From an uncultured Acidobacteriota bacterium (GTDB lineage: Bacteria > Acidobacteriota > JAQAZP01), in contig CAWIIB010000009.1 in assembly GCA_963836075.1 (NCBI GenBank), forward strand, positions 1,728,001 through 1,792,000: a stretch of DNA of 64,000 bases. Reading direction: 5' to 3'. Shown here piece by piece: positions 1-10,443 of this stretch. Within the stretch, counting starts at the first letter, position 1, and every line of letters starts with the position of its first letter. The notes below the pieces were generated by a model. It worked only from the letters and a program-made list of their open reading frames with translations, was not told the DNA's origin and ran no database searches. A program made the position numbers and the translations under genes.

Positions 1-161
1 TGGTGCTCACCGGCGGGGTGGTGGCCTACAACCCCGCGGTGGCCGAGATCCTGGCCGAGAAGATCGGCCGTGACGTTTCCGTCCCGCCCCACCCCCAGTT
101 CACCGGGGCCATGGGTGCGGCGTTGACGGCGCTGAAGCAGAGCTACGCGGGGTGGTCGTAG
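1..161 (+). CDS. 3' end of an acyl-CoA dehydratase activase / BadF-BcrA-type ASKHA ATPase (partial)
   Basis: Manual translation of frame 3: VLTGGVVAYNPAVAEILAEKIGRDVSVPPHPQFTGAMGAAL...*, matching the GG-V-A-N and PQ-x-GA-x-GAAL motifs of the family. Confidence 0.8.
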   Translation, partial: VLTGGVVAYNPAVAEILAEKIGRDVSVPPHPQFTGAMGAALTALKQSYAGWS

Positions 162-167
162 GGCCTC

Positions 168-210
168 TGTCATTGCGAGGAGTCAGCTTTGCTGACGACG
201 AAACAATCTC
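168..210. repeat. REP-like palindromic intergenic element (TGTCATTGCGAGGAG...GACGAAACAATCTC type)
   Basis: tgtcattgcgaggagtcagctttgctgacgacgaaacaatctc, with inner hairpin gtcagc/gctgac; resembles widespread GTCATTGCGAG...CAATC repeats. Confidence 0.55.
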
Positions 211-277
211 GTGAAAGGTACTAACACGAATTAAATACACCAATCCCATTCATACCCCACCACAAGGAGTGACTCCA

Positions 278-2356
278 ATGCTCGACGGACTTTTCTATCC
301 CCGCGGTATCGCCATCATCGGCGCATCGGCCAATCCCTACTCCATCGGGCATATCGTGCTCAAGAACCTTGCGGCCTACGGCTACAAGGGCCCCATCTTT
401 CCCATCAACCCCAAGACGCCGCAGATCCGGTCGTTCAAGTGCTTCAAGTCGGTGCTGGAAGTGCCGGACGTCATCGACCTGGTGAACATCTCCATTCGTG
501 CCGACCTGCTGCCATATGTGCTCAAGGAGTGCGGTGAGAAGGGCGTCAAGTTCTGCATCGTGCACAGCGCCGGCTTCAAGGAGGTTGGTGCCGAAGGGAT
601 CAAGCGCGAGCGGGAGATGGTGGCGCTGGCCCACCATTACGGGATGCGGATCTACGGCCCCAACTCCCAAGGGATCCAGAACAGTGACCCCGAGATCTCG
701 GTCTATGCCAACTTCACCTTCGTGCCGATGAAGCCGGGCAACATCTCCATCGTGGCCCAGGGCGGCGGCATGGGCGAGATGCTCAAGCTGCACCTGCACA
801 ACGTGGGGCTGGGCCACCGGATGTATGCCTCGTACGGCAACGAGTGCGACCTCTCCATGCCGGAGATCCTTCGCTACTACGGCGAGGACGAGGGCACCCG
901 GGTGATCATGATGCAGACCGAGAGCTTCAAGGACCCGCAGATGTTCCTCGACGTGGCCTCGAAGATCACCCCGCACAAGCCGATCCTGGCCATCAAGGCC
1001 GGCCGGACCCGTGAGGGATCGGTGGCCGTCTCCTCGCACACCGGCGCGCTGGTGGACCAGGCAGCGCTGGCCAAGGCGATGTACCGCAAGGCCGGCGTGG
1101 TGCAGTTCACCGATACGCACCAGATGATCAAGACCGCCATCGCCATGTCGACCCAGGAAGCGCCCACCGGAAAGAAGATCGGTTTCATCACCAACACCGG
1201 CGGCCCGGGCATCCAGGCGGTGGACGAGGCGGTGGACCTGGGTCTCGAGCTGGCCAAGTGGAGCGATGCGGGCAGGAAGCGACTGAAGGAAACCCAGTAC
1301 CCCGAGGCCAGCATCGGCAACCCGGTGGACGTGGTGGCCACCGGCGGCCCGGAGCAATACCAGGCGGCCATCGAGACACTGCTGGCGGAAGAAGATGTGG
1401 ACATGGTGCTGGTCTTCTTCGTCACCGCGCCCTTTGTCGACCTCGACGCCATCGCGGCCAAGATCAAGGAAGCCTGTGGCACCTCGAAGAAGCCGGTGGT
1501 GACGGTGATCGAGACCAGCTCCGAGTGGTATGGGTTAATGGACAACCTGCGCGAGGGCGGCATCCCGGTCTACGAGTTCTCCGAAGACGGGGTCCGTGCC
1601 CTGGCCGCCATGAGCCGCTACGCCGAACTGCGGGACCGCAAGAAGCAGAAGCCGCCCACGCTCAAGGTGAATGCGAAGAAGGCGAACGAGATCATCACCC
1701 CGTATCTCGGCAAGGGCAAGTACCTGCCGCAGTTCGAGGCCTTTGAACTGCTCAAGGCTTATGGCATCCCGGTGCCCAGGTACGCCGCGGTGAACGACTC
1801 GAAGGACCTGACCAAGGCGGCGAAGAAGACCGGCTTCCCCTGCGTGCTCAAGGTCGACTCCTCAACGGTGATCCACAAGTCGGACATGGGCGGTGTGGTG
1901 CTCAATATCGCAAACCGCAATGCCCTGGGCAAGGCCTTCAGCGCCATGGACAAGCGCTTCGGCAAGAAACAGGCCACCTACCTGCTGATGGAGCAGAAGC
2001 CGGCCGGCCAGGAGTTGATCATGGGTGCCGCGGCCTCTCCCGGCCTGGGCAGCCTGGTGCTCTTCGGACTCGGTGGCATCCTCGTCGAGGTGATGAAGGA
2101 CGTGGCCACGGCCGTCGCCCCCCTGAGCCGCCCCGAAGCGAAGGAGATGATGCAGGAGATCAAAGGCTTCGAGATCCTCAAGGGCGTCCGCGGTAAGAAG
2201 GGCGTCGACCTCAAGGCTCTTGAAGATGTCCTGCTCCGTGTCTCGCGCCTGGCCGCCGACTTCCCCGAGATCACCGAGATGGATCTCAACCCGGTCTTTG
2301 CCTACCCCAGGGGCAAGGCCCCGGCCGCGGTGGATGTCCGGGTGAAGGTGGGGTAG
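278..2356 (+). CDS. ADP-forming acyl-CoA synthetase / acetate-CoA ligase (fused alpha-beta)
   Basis: N-terminal CoA-binding fold (IAIIGAS, PINPK), GPNSQG, phospho-His motif SHTGAL, TNTGGPG, NPVD, C-terminal ATP-grasp (HKSDMGGV, EMDLNP); AAGGAG RBS. Confidence 0.92.
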   Translation: MLDGLFYPRGIAIIGASANPYSIGHIVLKNLAAYGYKGPIFPINPKTPQIRSFKCFKSVLEVPDVIDLVNISIRADLLPYVLKECGEKGVKFCIVHSAGFKEVGAEGIKREREMVALAHHYGMRIYGPNSQGIQNSDPEISVYANFTFVPMKPGNISIVAQGGGMGEMLKLHLHNVGLGHRMYASYGNECDLSMPEILRYYGEDEGTRVIMMQTESFKDPQMFLDVASKITPHKPILAIKAGRTREGSVAVSSHTGALVDQAALAKAMYRKAGVVQFTDTHQMIKTAIAMSTQEAPTGKKIGFITNTGGPGIQAVDEAVDLGLELAKWSDAGRKRLKETQYPEASIGNPVDVVATGGPEQYQAAIETLLAEEDVDMVLVFFVTAPFVDLDAIAAKIKEACGTSKKPVVTVIETSSEWYGLMDNLREGGIPVYEFSEDGVRALAAMSRYAELRDRKKQKPPTLKVNAKKANEIITPYLGKGKYLPQFEAFELLKAYGIPVPRYAAVNDSKDLTKAAKKTGFPCVLKVDSSTVIHKSDMGGVVLNIANRNALGKAFSAMDKRFGKKQATYLLMEQKPAGQELIMGAAASPGLGSLVLFGLGGILVEVMKDVATAVAPLSRPEAKEMMQEIKGFEILKGVRGKKGVDLKALEDVLLRVSRLAADFPEITEMDLNPVFAYPRGKAPAAVDVRVKVG

Positions 2357-2473
2357 GGGATTAGCCGGTAAAGACCGAGCCCAGTGCCCGGTCGAAGGTC
2401 ATCACTTTCTTGATGCCGTGACGTTTGCACACCGAGAGGTGCACCAGGTTGCGACCACTGAGTTGGGGGTTTG

Positions 2474-2809
2474 TTACCTGGCCAGGAACAATAGTGTCCC
2501 CACGGCGCCGCGGACCACTGAGATGGAGGAAACGAACAGATAGAACCAGTTCAACTGCGGAAATCCCAAGTAGACGATGGCCATGATGACGGCAATGATG
2601 ATTCCCTGATACGAGTCCGTCTTCTGGATGAGGGAGAGTTCCCGCTCATCCGGTGTGTGTTTCGCCTGAACCAGGACCAGGGCCACGAAAAAGGGGATGA
2701 ACCCGTACGCCACCCCCACGAGTCCGAATCGAGTGCAGGCGTAGTAAGTCCAGATACCGCTGAAAAACTGGATGATGAACATCAGTATGTAATTGCCTCT
2801 CACTTTCAT
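2474..2809 (-). CDS. small 4-TM membrane protein (DERE motif), coupled to the XRE regulator
   Basis: Four hydrophobic segments, PDERE motif, ATGA overlap with upstream HTH gene. Confidence 0.75.
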   Translation of the reverse strand: MKVRGNYILMFIIQFFSGIWTYYACTRFGLVGVAYGFIPFFVALVLVQAKHTPDERELSLIQKTDSYQGIIIAVIMAIVYLGFPQLNWFYLFVSSISVVRGAVGTLLFLAR

Positions 2810-3015
2810 CTCTCGTCTCCCTTTACAAAGAAGATGCTCTCCACGCTCGTCTCGAAGTATCGGGCGATCTTGATCGCCGATAACACCGACGGAACGAACT
2901 TGCCACGCTCGATGGAGTGGATGGTCTGACGGCTCAAACCCACCTCCTTGCCAAGCCGCTCCTGGGTAATGTCCCTACGTGCCCGCCACACTTTCAGTTC
3001 ATTTGTTAGTTCCAT
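2806..3015 (-). CDS. XRE/Cro-C1 family HTH transcriptional regulator
   Basis: NELKVWRARRDITQERLGKEVGLSRQTIHSIERGKFVPS...IARYFETSVESIF; GAGG RBS before ATG 3015. Confidence 0.9.
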   Translation of the reverse strand: MELTNELKVWRARRDITQERLGKEVGLSRQTIHSIERGKFVPSVLSAIKIARYFETSVESIFFVKGDER

Positions 3016-3241
3016 GCTCACCTCACGATTGATGTTATGGCCAATGTAAGCCATTGTTGATTAAAAGTCAAGTATGATTTACATAATGTCTCGTATAATT
3101 GTCGGACATATGGAGCATGAATTGGTGGCTGCTCATGGTATCGCCTGCCGCATTGTGATAGAGAAGATGGGAGAATCCTGCTCGTCGCAGTCGGGTGTAA
3201 GGCTGGATGTCGGGCTGATAACTGTTGGGAAAGGCAGGGAA

Positions 3242-5556
3242 GTGGCAAGAAGCAAGGTCAAAGACCGGGGGGATGCGGGCAGAGAACGCCGCAGTTCGAT
3301 GGCACCCTGGTGGTGGCTGCTGGCTGTAGCCGCGGCGGCCGTCCTGCTGCGGCTACTCGAAGTCCACTGGATCTCCGGCCACCCGTTCTTCGCCACGCCG
3401 GTGATCGATGCCTCCGAGTACCAGCAGTGGGCAGTGGAGATCGTTGAGGGCCTGCGGGCCGGTGAGGGCCTGAGGGCGTTCCTCTGGGACGAGGTGCCGA
3501 TCCACGGCCCGGTCTACCCTGCCCTTCTCGCCCTGCTCCACTTGGTCGCCGGTGGCTCGATGTTTGCTGTGCGGGCGCTCCAGGGGGCACTTCTCGGCGT
3601 CGGTCTCTGTGCGACGCTCTACCTGATGACCAACCGGATGTGCCCCCGGTTCGCACCGTGGGCCGGCATACTCGCCGCCGCTCTCTCGGCGACATCTGTT
3701 CCCCTGATCCGCTATGACGTGGAATTGCTGGCCACGTCAACCAGCGGGCTACTCATCGCTCTCGCCGTGCTGGCGCTGACCGTGAAACCGCGGGCGGGGG
3801 AGGACGACCGTCCGCTGCATCCGCCGGGTCCCTCGCCGACGCTCGCGGCAGGCCTGTTCCTCGGCCTGGCCGCGCTGACCCGCCCCAACGCGCTGCTCTG
3901 TCTTCCCTTTCTCGCGGCCTGGATCGTCTGGGCGGCATGGCGCGAACGGTCCGCCGTTGCGGGGATCGGTGGCGGTGCGAAGTCAATGGGGGCGTTCCGG
4001 TCCCTGGTCCCGGCGCTTCTCCTTCTCGCCTCGGCCTCGGTCACGGTGCTGCCGGCGATGCTCTGGAACGCCCACCTGGGGAGCGGCAGGCTGACCATGA
4101 TCCAGGCCAACAGCGGCCTCAACCTCTATATGGGCAACAGCCCCATAGCTACCGGGGTGCCGATCATCAGCCAGGGGACGGACTGGATCCGTCTGCTGCA
4201 CGCACCGCGCATCGGGGCCGGGGCAAAGAACCCGGCCGAAGAGGATGCCTACCACATCGCCAGGGTGAAGGCGTTCATCCGCTCGTCGCCGGGGCAGTGG
4301 CTGAAGCTGCTCTTGCGCAAGGCCGGCCTGCTGCTCCACGGCGGGGAAGTTCGCGGGGGCATCTGGGCCGCCGGCTACCCCGGAGACCCGCTGGGCCGTT
4401 TCCCGCTGCCCCGTTTCGGCTGGATCCTGCCGCTGGCCCTGGCCGGGCTGTTCGCGGCCGCTCGCGGGAGGCGGCTGGCCTCGCCCGCATCGGTGATGCT
4501 CGGTGCCTACGGCCTGACCCTGGTGGCGACGATGATGGGGGAGCGCTACCGGCTCCCGGCATTGCCGCTGCTCATGCCCTACGCTGCGTTCGCGGTGATG
4601 CTTCTCGGTCGCCGGCTGCTGGGGCGCGAGGGCGAGCAGGCCCGGCGGCGGGCACTGGTCATCGGGCTGCCCGTGCTGACCGCGATCTACCTGCTGATCA
4701 ACGTCCCGATATTCAATGTCCGGCCGCCGGATCCTGCCGAGGGTCACTACCTGCTGAGCCACGTCCATTACAAGAACGGCGACTTCGAGCTGGCGCTCGC
4801 CGAGGCCGAAGACGCGGTTGAGTACCGATAGTACCGTACGCCCTGGGCTGGTACCACCTCGCGCTCTGCCTGCAGCGGACCAGTTCCGGGGCGGGCCGAG
4901 GTCCTGCTGCCGGCCGGATCGAGGCGGCCTACCGCCGGGCCGTCGACCTGGCCCCGGATTACGCCGAGGCCATGGAGAACCTGGGCACCCTTCTGTTCCA
5001 GCAGGGCCGGCCCGCGGATGCGGCTTCCTGGTTCCGGCGCGCAGCCGGAGTCCGGCCGTTCCGGCCGCAACCGCATCACGCGCTCGGCGTCCTGGCCGAG
5101 CACGGGGGGGACGGCCGCCGCTTCTCCGCCGGCTGGGATGCCGTGGCGGCCGAGGGCCATTTCCGGAAAGCGGCGGAACTCGATCCTGGCTGGCCCGCTC
5201 CCCGCTTCGACCTGGGGGTGGTCCTCAGCCGGACCGGCCGCCACGCTGAAGCGACCGAGCAGTACCGGCAGGTCCTGGCCATGGATGACGGTCACTACCA
5301 GGCCTGGTTCTACCTGGCGCTGGCGCTGGAGCAGACCGGGGATTTGCAGGACGCGATCGGTGCCATGGACTACTGCCTGCGCCTTCGGCCCCGCGACCCT
5401 GAGGCCTGGTTTCATGCCGGGCGGCTGGCCGAGGCGAGTGGCGACCCTGCTGCGGCCCGGGAGCGCTACCGGCAGGCGCTGGAGTTGAATCCCGAGCACC
5501 GCTGGGCCGCGCAGCGGCTCGAGCGCCTGCGCAAGGTCAGTTCGCCTCCCCGATAG
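3242..5556 (+). CDS. GT-C (ArnT/PMT family 39-like) glycosyltransferase with C-terminal TPRs, interrupted by a stop/frameshift near 4830
   Basis: DASEY, PVYPALLA, LTRPN, NSGLNLYMGN and ERYRLP motifs in 3242-4831; TPRs continue in another frame (YALGWYHLALCLQ...RAVDLAPDYAEAMENLG) to 5556; start codon uncertain. Confidence 0.8.
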
Positions 5557-5779
5557 ACCTGGAGGTCGAAGGCGGACCGACCTCGGCCGCGGTGGATATC
5601 AGGGTGAATGTGGGGTAGTGGCTTTTCGAGAGAGATTGCCACGTCGACGACCAAGGTCGTCTCCCCGCAACGACCATGGGGAACAGCCCCACCTGCCCCA
5701 GCTCCCAGAACTTTCCCCTCTCTCCATCCGTCAGAGTACCGTCCGGCCGATTTCAAACTCATGAGGATGGGACTCGCCA

Positions 5780-6700
5780 ATGCTCAAAATCAGTCAGCTG
5801 GTGAAGGTGTACCCCGGTCCGGTGGCCGCTCTGCAGGGGATCGATCTGGAGCTTGCCAGTGGCATGTTCGGGCTACTGGGCCCCAACGGGGCGGGCAAGT
5901 CCACCCTGATGAAGATCGTGGCCGGTATCCTCGAGCCGACGTCGGGCGAGGTCTGGCTTGACGGGGTCAACGTTACTGCCAAACCGCAGCATGTTTGGGA
6001 AAGGCTGGGGTATCTGCCCCAGGATTTCGGTTTCTACCCCCAGCTCACCGGCCGGGCCATGCTGGCCCACCTGCTGCGGCTCAAGGGGGTGCGCGCTCCC
6101 GGCGGGGAGAAGAAACTGTGCAACGAACTGCTGGAGCGGGTCAACCTCGGTCACGCCGCGGGCCGCAAGGTGGGCGGTTACTCCGGCGGGATGCTGCAGC
6201 GGCTGGGCATCGCCCAGGCCGTGGCCGGCGACCCGAAGATCCTGGTGGTGGATGAACCCACCGCCGGTCTCGACCCTGAAGAGCGGCTCCGTTTCTATCG
6301 CATCCTGGCCGATCTGGCAGAGAACCGGGTGGTGCTCCTCTCCACGCACATCGTGGAGGACGTCGCGGTTCTCTGCCCCCAGTTTGCCATCATCCACCAG
6401 GGCAAGCTGCTGACCCGCACCACACCGGTGTCGGCCCGCGCCGGCGTTGCAGGAACGATATACCAGGGTGACGTCGAATCCGGTGAGCTGGAAGAGCTGC
6501 AGCGGCAAAACACGGTGATCCACTGCCTGCTCTTCGAGGGCCGCAACCGGGTGCGTATCCACCAGCCCCAGGGCGAGCCGCCTGCCAGCTTTACTGCTGT
6601 CGAGGCCACACTGGAAGACGCTTACGTCGCCGCTGTGCGCAACGGGGCCACGGTGCCACCCGAAATGGCCGACAGTTTGAACAGTGAGGCCGGGACATGA
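5780..6700 (+). CDS. ABC transporter ATP-binding protein
   Basis: Walker A GPNGAGKST, signature YSGGM, Walker B LVVDEP, H-loop STH. Confidence 0.95.
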   Translation: MLKISQLVKVYPGPVAALQGIDLELASGMFGLLGPNGAGKSTLMKIVAGILEPTSGEVWLDGVNVTAKPQHVWERLGYLPQDFGFYPQLTGRAMLAHLLRLKGVRAPGGEKKLCNELLERVNLGHAAGRKVGGYSGGMLQRLGIAQAVAGDPKILVVDEPTAGLDPEERLRFYRILADLAENRVVLLSTHIVEDVAVLCPQFAIIHQGKLLTRTTPVSARAGVAGTIYQGDVESGELEELQRQNTVIHCLLFEGRNRVRIHQPQGEPPASFTAVEATLEDAYVAAVRNGATVPPEMADSLNSEAGT

Positions 6701-9700
6701 GCCCGCAACGCCTCTGGACCATCTGCCGTCTGGAGCTGGTCACCACTTTTAAACGTCCCCTCTTCTGGATCTGGATCTTTCTCGTGCTGCTGCTGGCGAT
6801 GATCGTCTCCGCCGGGGTGATGAAGATCCACTCCGGCGAGGACATGGCCGGCGGCCTGCAGGCCAACATCACGTCACAGTTCGCCAATGCCTGGGAGATC
6901 GCCCTGCTGGGGGCGATGCTCTACCCGCTCTTCGTTGCCGCCCTGGCCGGGATGGGTGTACTGCGGGACGGCGAGCTGCGTATGGAGGGTCTGCTGCACT
7001 CAACGCCGCTCAGGCCGGTGGAGTATGTCTGGGGCTCCTTTCTCGCCGCGATGATCATCTCGCTGGTGGTGCTCGCCGTTCAGCTGGGGCTGACCATGCT
7101 TTACAAACATACGATGACGGCGGGGGCGCACCCGGAACTGGCCGGCGAGTTTGTCCTGGCCAATTACCTGGTGCCGGCACTCTACTTCGCCCTGCCGCTG
7201 ATCGTCTTTGTCGCCGGCGTGAGCTTTGCCGTTGGTGAACGGACGCGTAGCCCGATGATGGTCAACATGGTGCCGCTGGTCCTGCTGCTGGGCAGCGTCT
7301 TTTTCCTCTGGACCTGGTCCCCCGGCTGGCTCGCTCCGGGCTGGAACCGCTTCCTGATGCTGATCGAACCCACCGGTTTTCGCTGGCTCAACGAGACCTG
7401 GATCAAGGCCGACATGGGGGCCTCGTTTTACAACACGGCCCGGGTCACCCTCGATCCGGCATTCCTGCTCAGCCGCCTGGCCCTGGTGGGGATCGGGCTG
7501 GGCGCCGTCTTTCAGGCGCAGCGTCACCTGGCCCGTACCCTCCGCGGCGGAAAAGTGGGTCGCGCCGCAGTGAAAAGCGCCCTGGCCGCTCCCCGCAGTG
7601 AAACCGTCCGTCCGGTGGTTACCGAAGCGAAGCTGGGCGACCTGGGCATGACCAGCCGGCGGCCCGGGCTGCTGGCCAGCCTGCTGGAGGTCACCCGCCT
7701 GGAGCTGCATGCCCTGGTGCGGCACCCGGCCATCTGGCTGCTGCTCTTCCTGGTGGTGCTCAACTGCACCGTTGACGCGATCTATGCAGTGGGCCCCTTC
7801 GATGCGCCGCTGCTGCTGACGCCCGGGGTGAGCGCGGTGGGCTCGCTGGTGGAGCTGACCTTTACCCTCTGCCTGCTGCTGATGTTCTACACGGTGGAGT
7901 CGCTGCGCCGCGAGCGCAAGACACGGATCGACTCCATCGTCTACGCCACGCCCCTGCCTACCAGCGCCCTCATCCTGGGCAAGGCCCTGGCCAGCAGCCT
8001 GGTGGGGGTGATGACGCTCCTCGCCGTGTTCCTGACCTGCGCGGTGCTGCTGCTGCGGCAGGGGACCGTCCCCCTGGACCCGCGGCCCTACATCATCGTC
8101 TACGGCCTGCTGCTGGGGCCGGTGGTCATCTTCTGGTGCGCCCTGGTGGGCCTGATCTACTCGCTCACCGGCAGCCGCATGACCACCTATGCCCTCTCCA
8201 TCGTCGTGATGATCATCTCCCCGATCCTGCTGGTCACAAAAAAGATGAGCTGGGTCTGGAACTGGTCGCTGGCCGGTGCCCTGCGCTGGAGCGACATCGC
8301 GCCTTTTGAGATGAACCGCGCACCGCTGCTGCTCAACCGCCTGCTGGTGCTGTCGCTGGCCGCTTTGCTGCTGGTGCTCATCGTGCGGGTCTTCCCGCGC
8401 CGGGCTTTCGACGCCGTCCGTATCTCCCAGCGGCTGCGCCCCTCGGCCCTGGTGAAGACCGCGCTGATCCTGTCCCCACTGATCATTCTGCCCTTTGCCC
8501 TTGGCGTCACCCTGCAGAAGGGGGTCAACCGCGGTCTGGAGGGACGAAAGATCGAGCGCTGGTCAAAAAACTACTGGCAGCGCAACCACGCCACCTGGCT
8601 CGACGTCCCCACACCCGATTTGGTCTTCTCGGACATCGAGCTGGAACTCGATCCCGCAACGCGCTGGTTCTCCACCCGGGGGCGCTTTCAGATGGTGAAC
8701 GGGGGAGAGGAGGCGCTGGTGCAGATCCCGATCACCGGCGGGCCGCACTGGCAGAAGCTCAACTGGACTTTGAATGGCGTGGCATACGAACCCGAGGACC
8801 GCCAGGGCCTCTACCTCTTCACCCCATCCGAGCCACTGGCCCCGGGTGAGCACTGCTCGGTGGGGTTCTCTTTCGAAGGCGTCTTCATCGAAGGATTCTC
8901 CAAAAACGGGGGGGAGAACAGCGAGTTCATTCTCCCCTCCGGTGTGGTGCTCACCTCGTACTCGCCCACTGTTTTCCCGGTGGTGGGCTACCTCGAGGAA
9001 CTGGGGATCAACGAGGACAACGAGTACGACGCGCGGGAATACCCTGAAGATTTCCACCAGGGTGTGACCCCGGCGCTCTGGGGGCCGGACTCCCCGCAAC
9101 GCACCCGGGTGCGGATCACCGCTCCTGAGCGGTACACCATGAACTCGGTGGGTGTGAAGACCGGGGATGAGGTCAACGCCGGCAAGCGGACGGTCACCTG
9201 GGAGAGCGACTACCCGGTGAAAAGCTTCAACGTGGTGGGCGGATTGTGGGATGTGCGCCGCGGGGAGGGAACCGCGATCTTCCACTACCCCGGGCACACT
9301 TACAATCTCGATGAAATGATCGAGGCGCTGGACGGCGCCCGCCGTTACTACTCGGAGTGGTTCCACCCCTACCCCTGGCAGGAGCTGAAGCTCTCCGAGT
9401 TCCCGGCCGAGGCCAGTTACGCCCAGGGCTTCTCCACCAACATCACCTTCTCCGAGAACATGGGGTTCCTCGCCCAGCCCGACCCGCGGGCCAACGCTCC
9501 GTTCATGGTCACCGCCCACGAGGCGGCACACCAGTGGTGGGGCGGACTGGTGGTACCCGGGGAAGGTCCGGGGGGCAACATCATCTCCGAGGGGATGGCC
9601 CACTTCTCCACTGCGCTGCTTTTCGAGGAACTGCGCGGCCCCGGGCAACGCACGGAGTTCTGCAAGCGGATCGAGGAACGCTACCTCGACCGGCGGGTGG

Positions 9701-10293
9701 TCAACTCGGAGCGGCCCCTGGTCAGGACAGACGGTTCCCGCGACGGTGACAACACCGTGACCTACGACAAGGGCGGCTGGGTCTTCTGGATGCTGTTCAA
9801 CCATCTGGGGCGTGAGAACGCGCTGGACGGGCTGCGCTCATTCATCGCCCACTATTCCCGGGATCCGGACCACCCGGTGCTGCAGGACCTGGTGGGCCAC
9901 CTGCGCCCCTTTGCCTCTGATAAGGAAGCCTACGACGCCTTTGTGGAGCAGTGGTTTTTCGAGATCGTCCTCCCCGAATACACCCTGAACCGTGTCGAGC
10001 GTGAGGAGTCACCGCCCGGCAGCGGAAACTGGCTGGTGCGTCTGGTTGTACGCAACGTGGGCACCGGGCGGATGCCGCTGGAGATCGCGGCGGAGCGGGG
10101 AGAGCGCTTCCCCGGTGCCGAGGAAACAGCCTCCACAGAGCCGTTACACGTGCAAACGGCCTCGGTCACCCCTGGCCCGCGCGAGGCGCAGGAAGTGGAG
10201 ATCCGCTGTGACTTCGAACCCCAGCGGGTGGTTGTCGACCCCGAGGTCAAGGTTTTGCAGCGTGGTCGTGCGTCTGCCATACGCCGGTTCTGA
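6697..10293 (+). CDS. ABC-2-type permease fused to an M1-like (gluzincin) aminopeptidase domain
   Basis: Two multi-TM permease halves followed by a soluble domain with HEAAHQWWG...EGMA and YDKG; ATGA overlap with ATPase gene. Confidence 0.88.
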   Translation: MSPQRLWTICRLELVTTFKRPLFWIWIFLVLLLAMIVSAGVMKIHSGEDMAGGLQANITSQFANAWEIALLGAMLYPLFVAALAGMGVLRDGELRMEGLLHSTPLRPVEYVWGSFLAAMIISLVVLAVQLGLTMLYKHTMTAGAHPELAGEFVLANYLVPALYFALPLIVFVAGVSFAVGERTRSPMMVNMVPLVLLLGSVFFLWTWSPGWLAPGWNRFLMLIEPTGFRWLNETWIKADMGASFYNTARVTLDPAFLLSRLALVGIGLGAVFQAQRHLARTLRGGKVGRAAVKSALAAPRSETVRPVVTEAKLGDLGMTSRRPGLLASLLEVTRLELHALVRHPAIWLLLFLVVLNCTVDAIYAVGPFDAPLLLTPGVSAVGSLVELTFTLCLLLMFYTVESLRRERKTRIDSIVYATPLPTSALILGKALASSLVGVMTLLAVFLTCAVLLLRQGTVPLDPRPYIIVYGLLLGPVVIFWCALVGLIYSLTGSRMTTYALSIVVMIISPILLVTKKMSWVWNWSLAGALRWSDIAPFEMNRAPLLLNRLLVLSLAALLLVLIVRVFPRRAFDAVRISQRLRPSALVKTALILSPLIILPFALGVTLQKGVNRGLEGRKIERWSKNYWQRNHATWLDVPTPDLVFSDIELELDPATRWFSTRGRFQMVNGGEEALVQIPITGGPHWQKLNWTLNGVAYEPEDRQGLYLFTPSEPLAPGEHCSVGFSFEGVFIEGFSKNGGENSEFILPSGVVLTSYSPTVFPVVGYLEELGINEDNEYDAREYPEDFHQGVTPALWGPDSPQRTRVRITAPERYTMNSVGVKTGDEVNAGKRTVTWESDYPVKSFNVVGGLWDVRRGEGTAIFHYPGHTYNLDEMIEALDGARRYYSEWFHPYPWQELKLSEFPAEASYAQGFSTNITFSENMGFLAQPDPRANAPFMVTAHEAAHQWWGGLVVPGEGPGGNIISEGMAHFSTALLFEELRGPGQRTEFCKRIEERYLDRRVVNSERPLVRTDGSRDGDNTVTYDKGGWVFWMLFNHLGRENALDGLRSFIAHYSRDPDHPVLQDLVGHLRPFASDKEAYDAFVEQWFFEIVLPEYTLNRVEREESPPGSGNWLVRLVVRNVGTGRMPLEIAAERGERFPGAEETASTEPLHVQTASVTPGPREAQEVEIRCDFEPQRVVVDPEVKVLQRGRASAIRRF

Positions 10294-10443
10294 GTGGATG
10301 GGTTCCTGGTTGGCGGGGTGATCAAGGACGCCGGTCGGGCCGCGAGATCGATCCGGTGTTTGAATTATGTGGTAATTAGTTCTGCTTTGTGGTAATTGAA
10401 GCTGTATACTTTCTGCTCATCCCTGACTACCGCAAGGCGGAAA

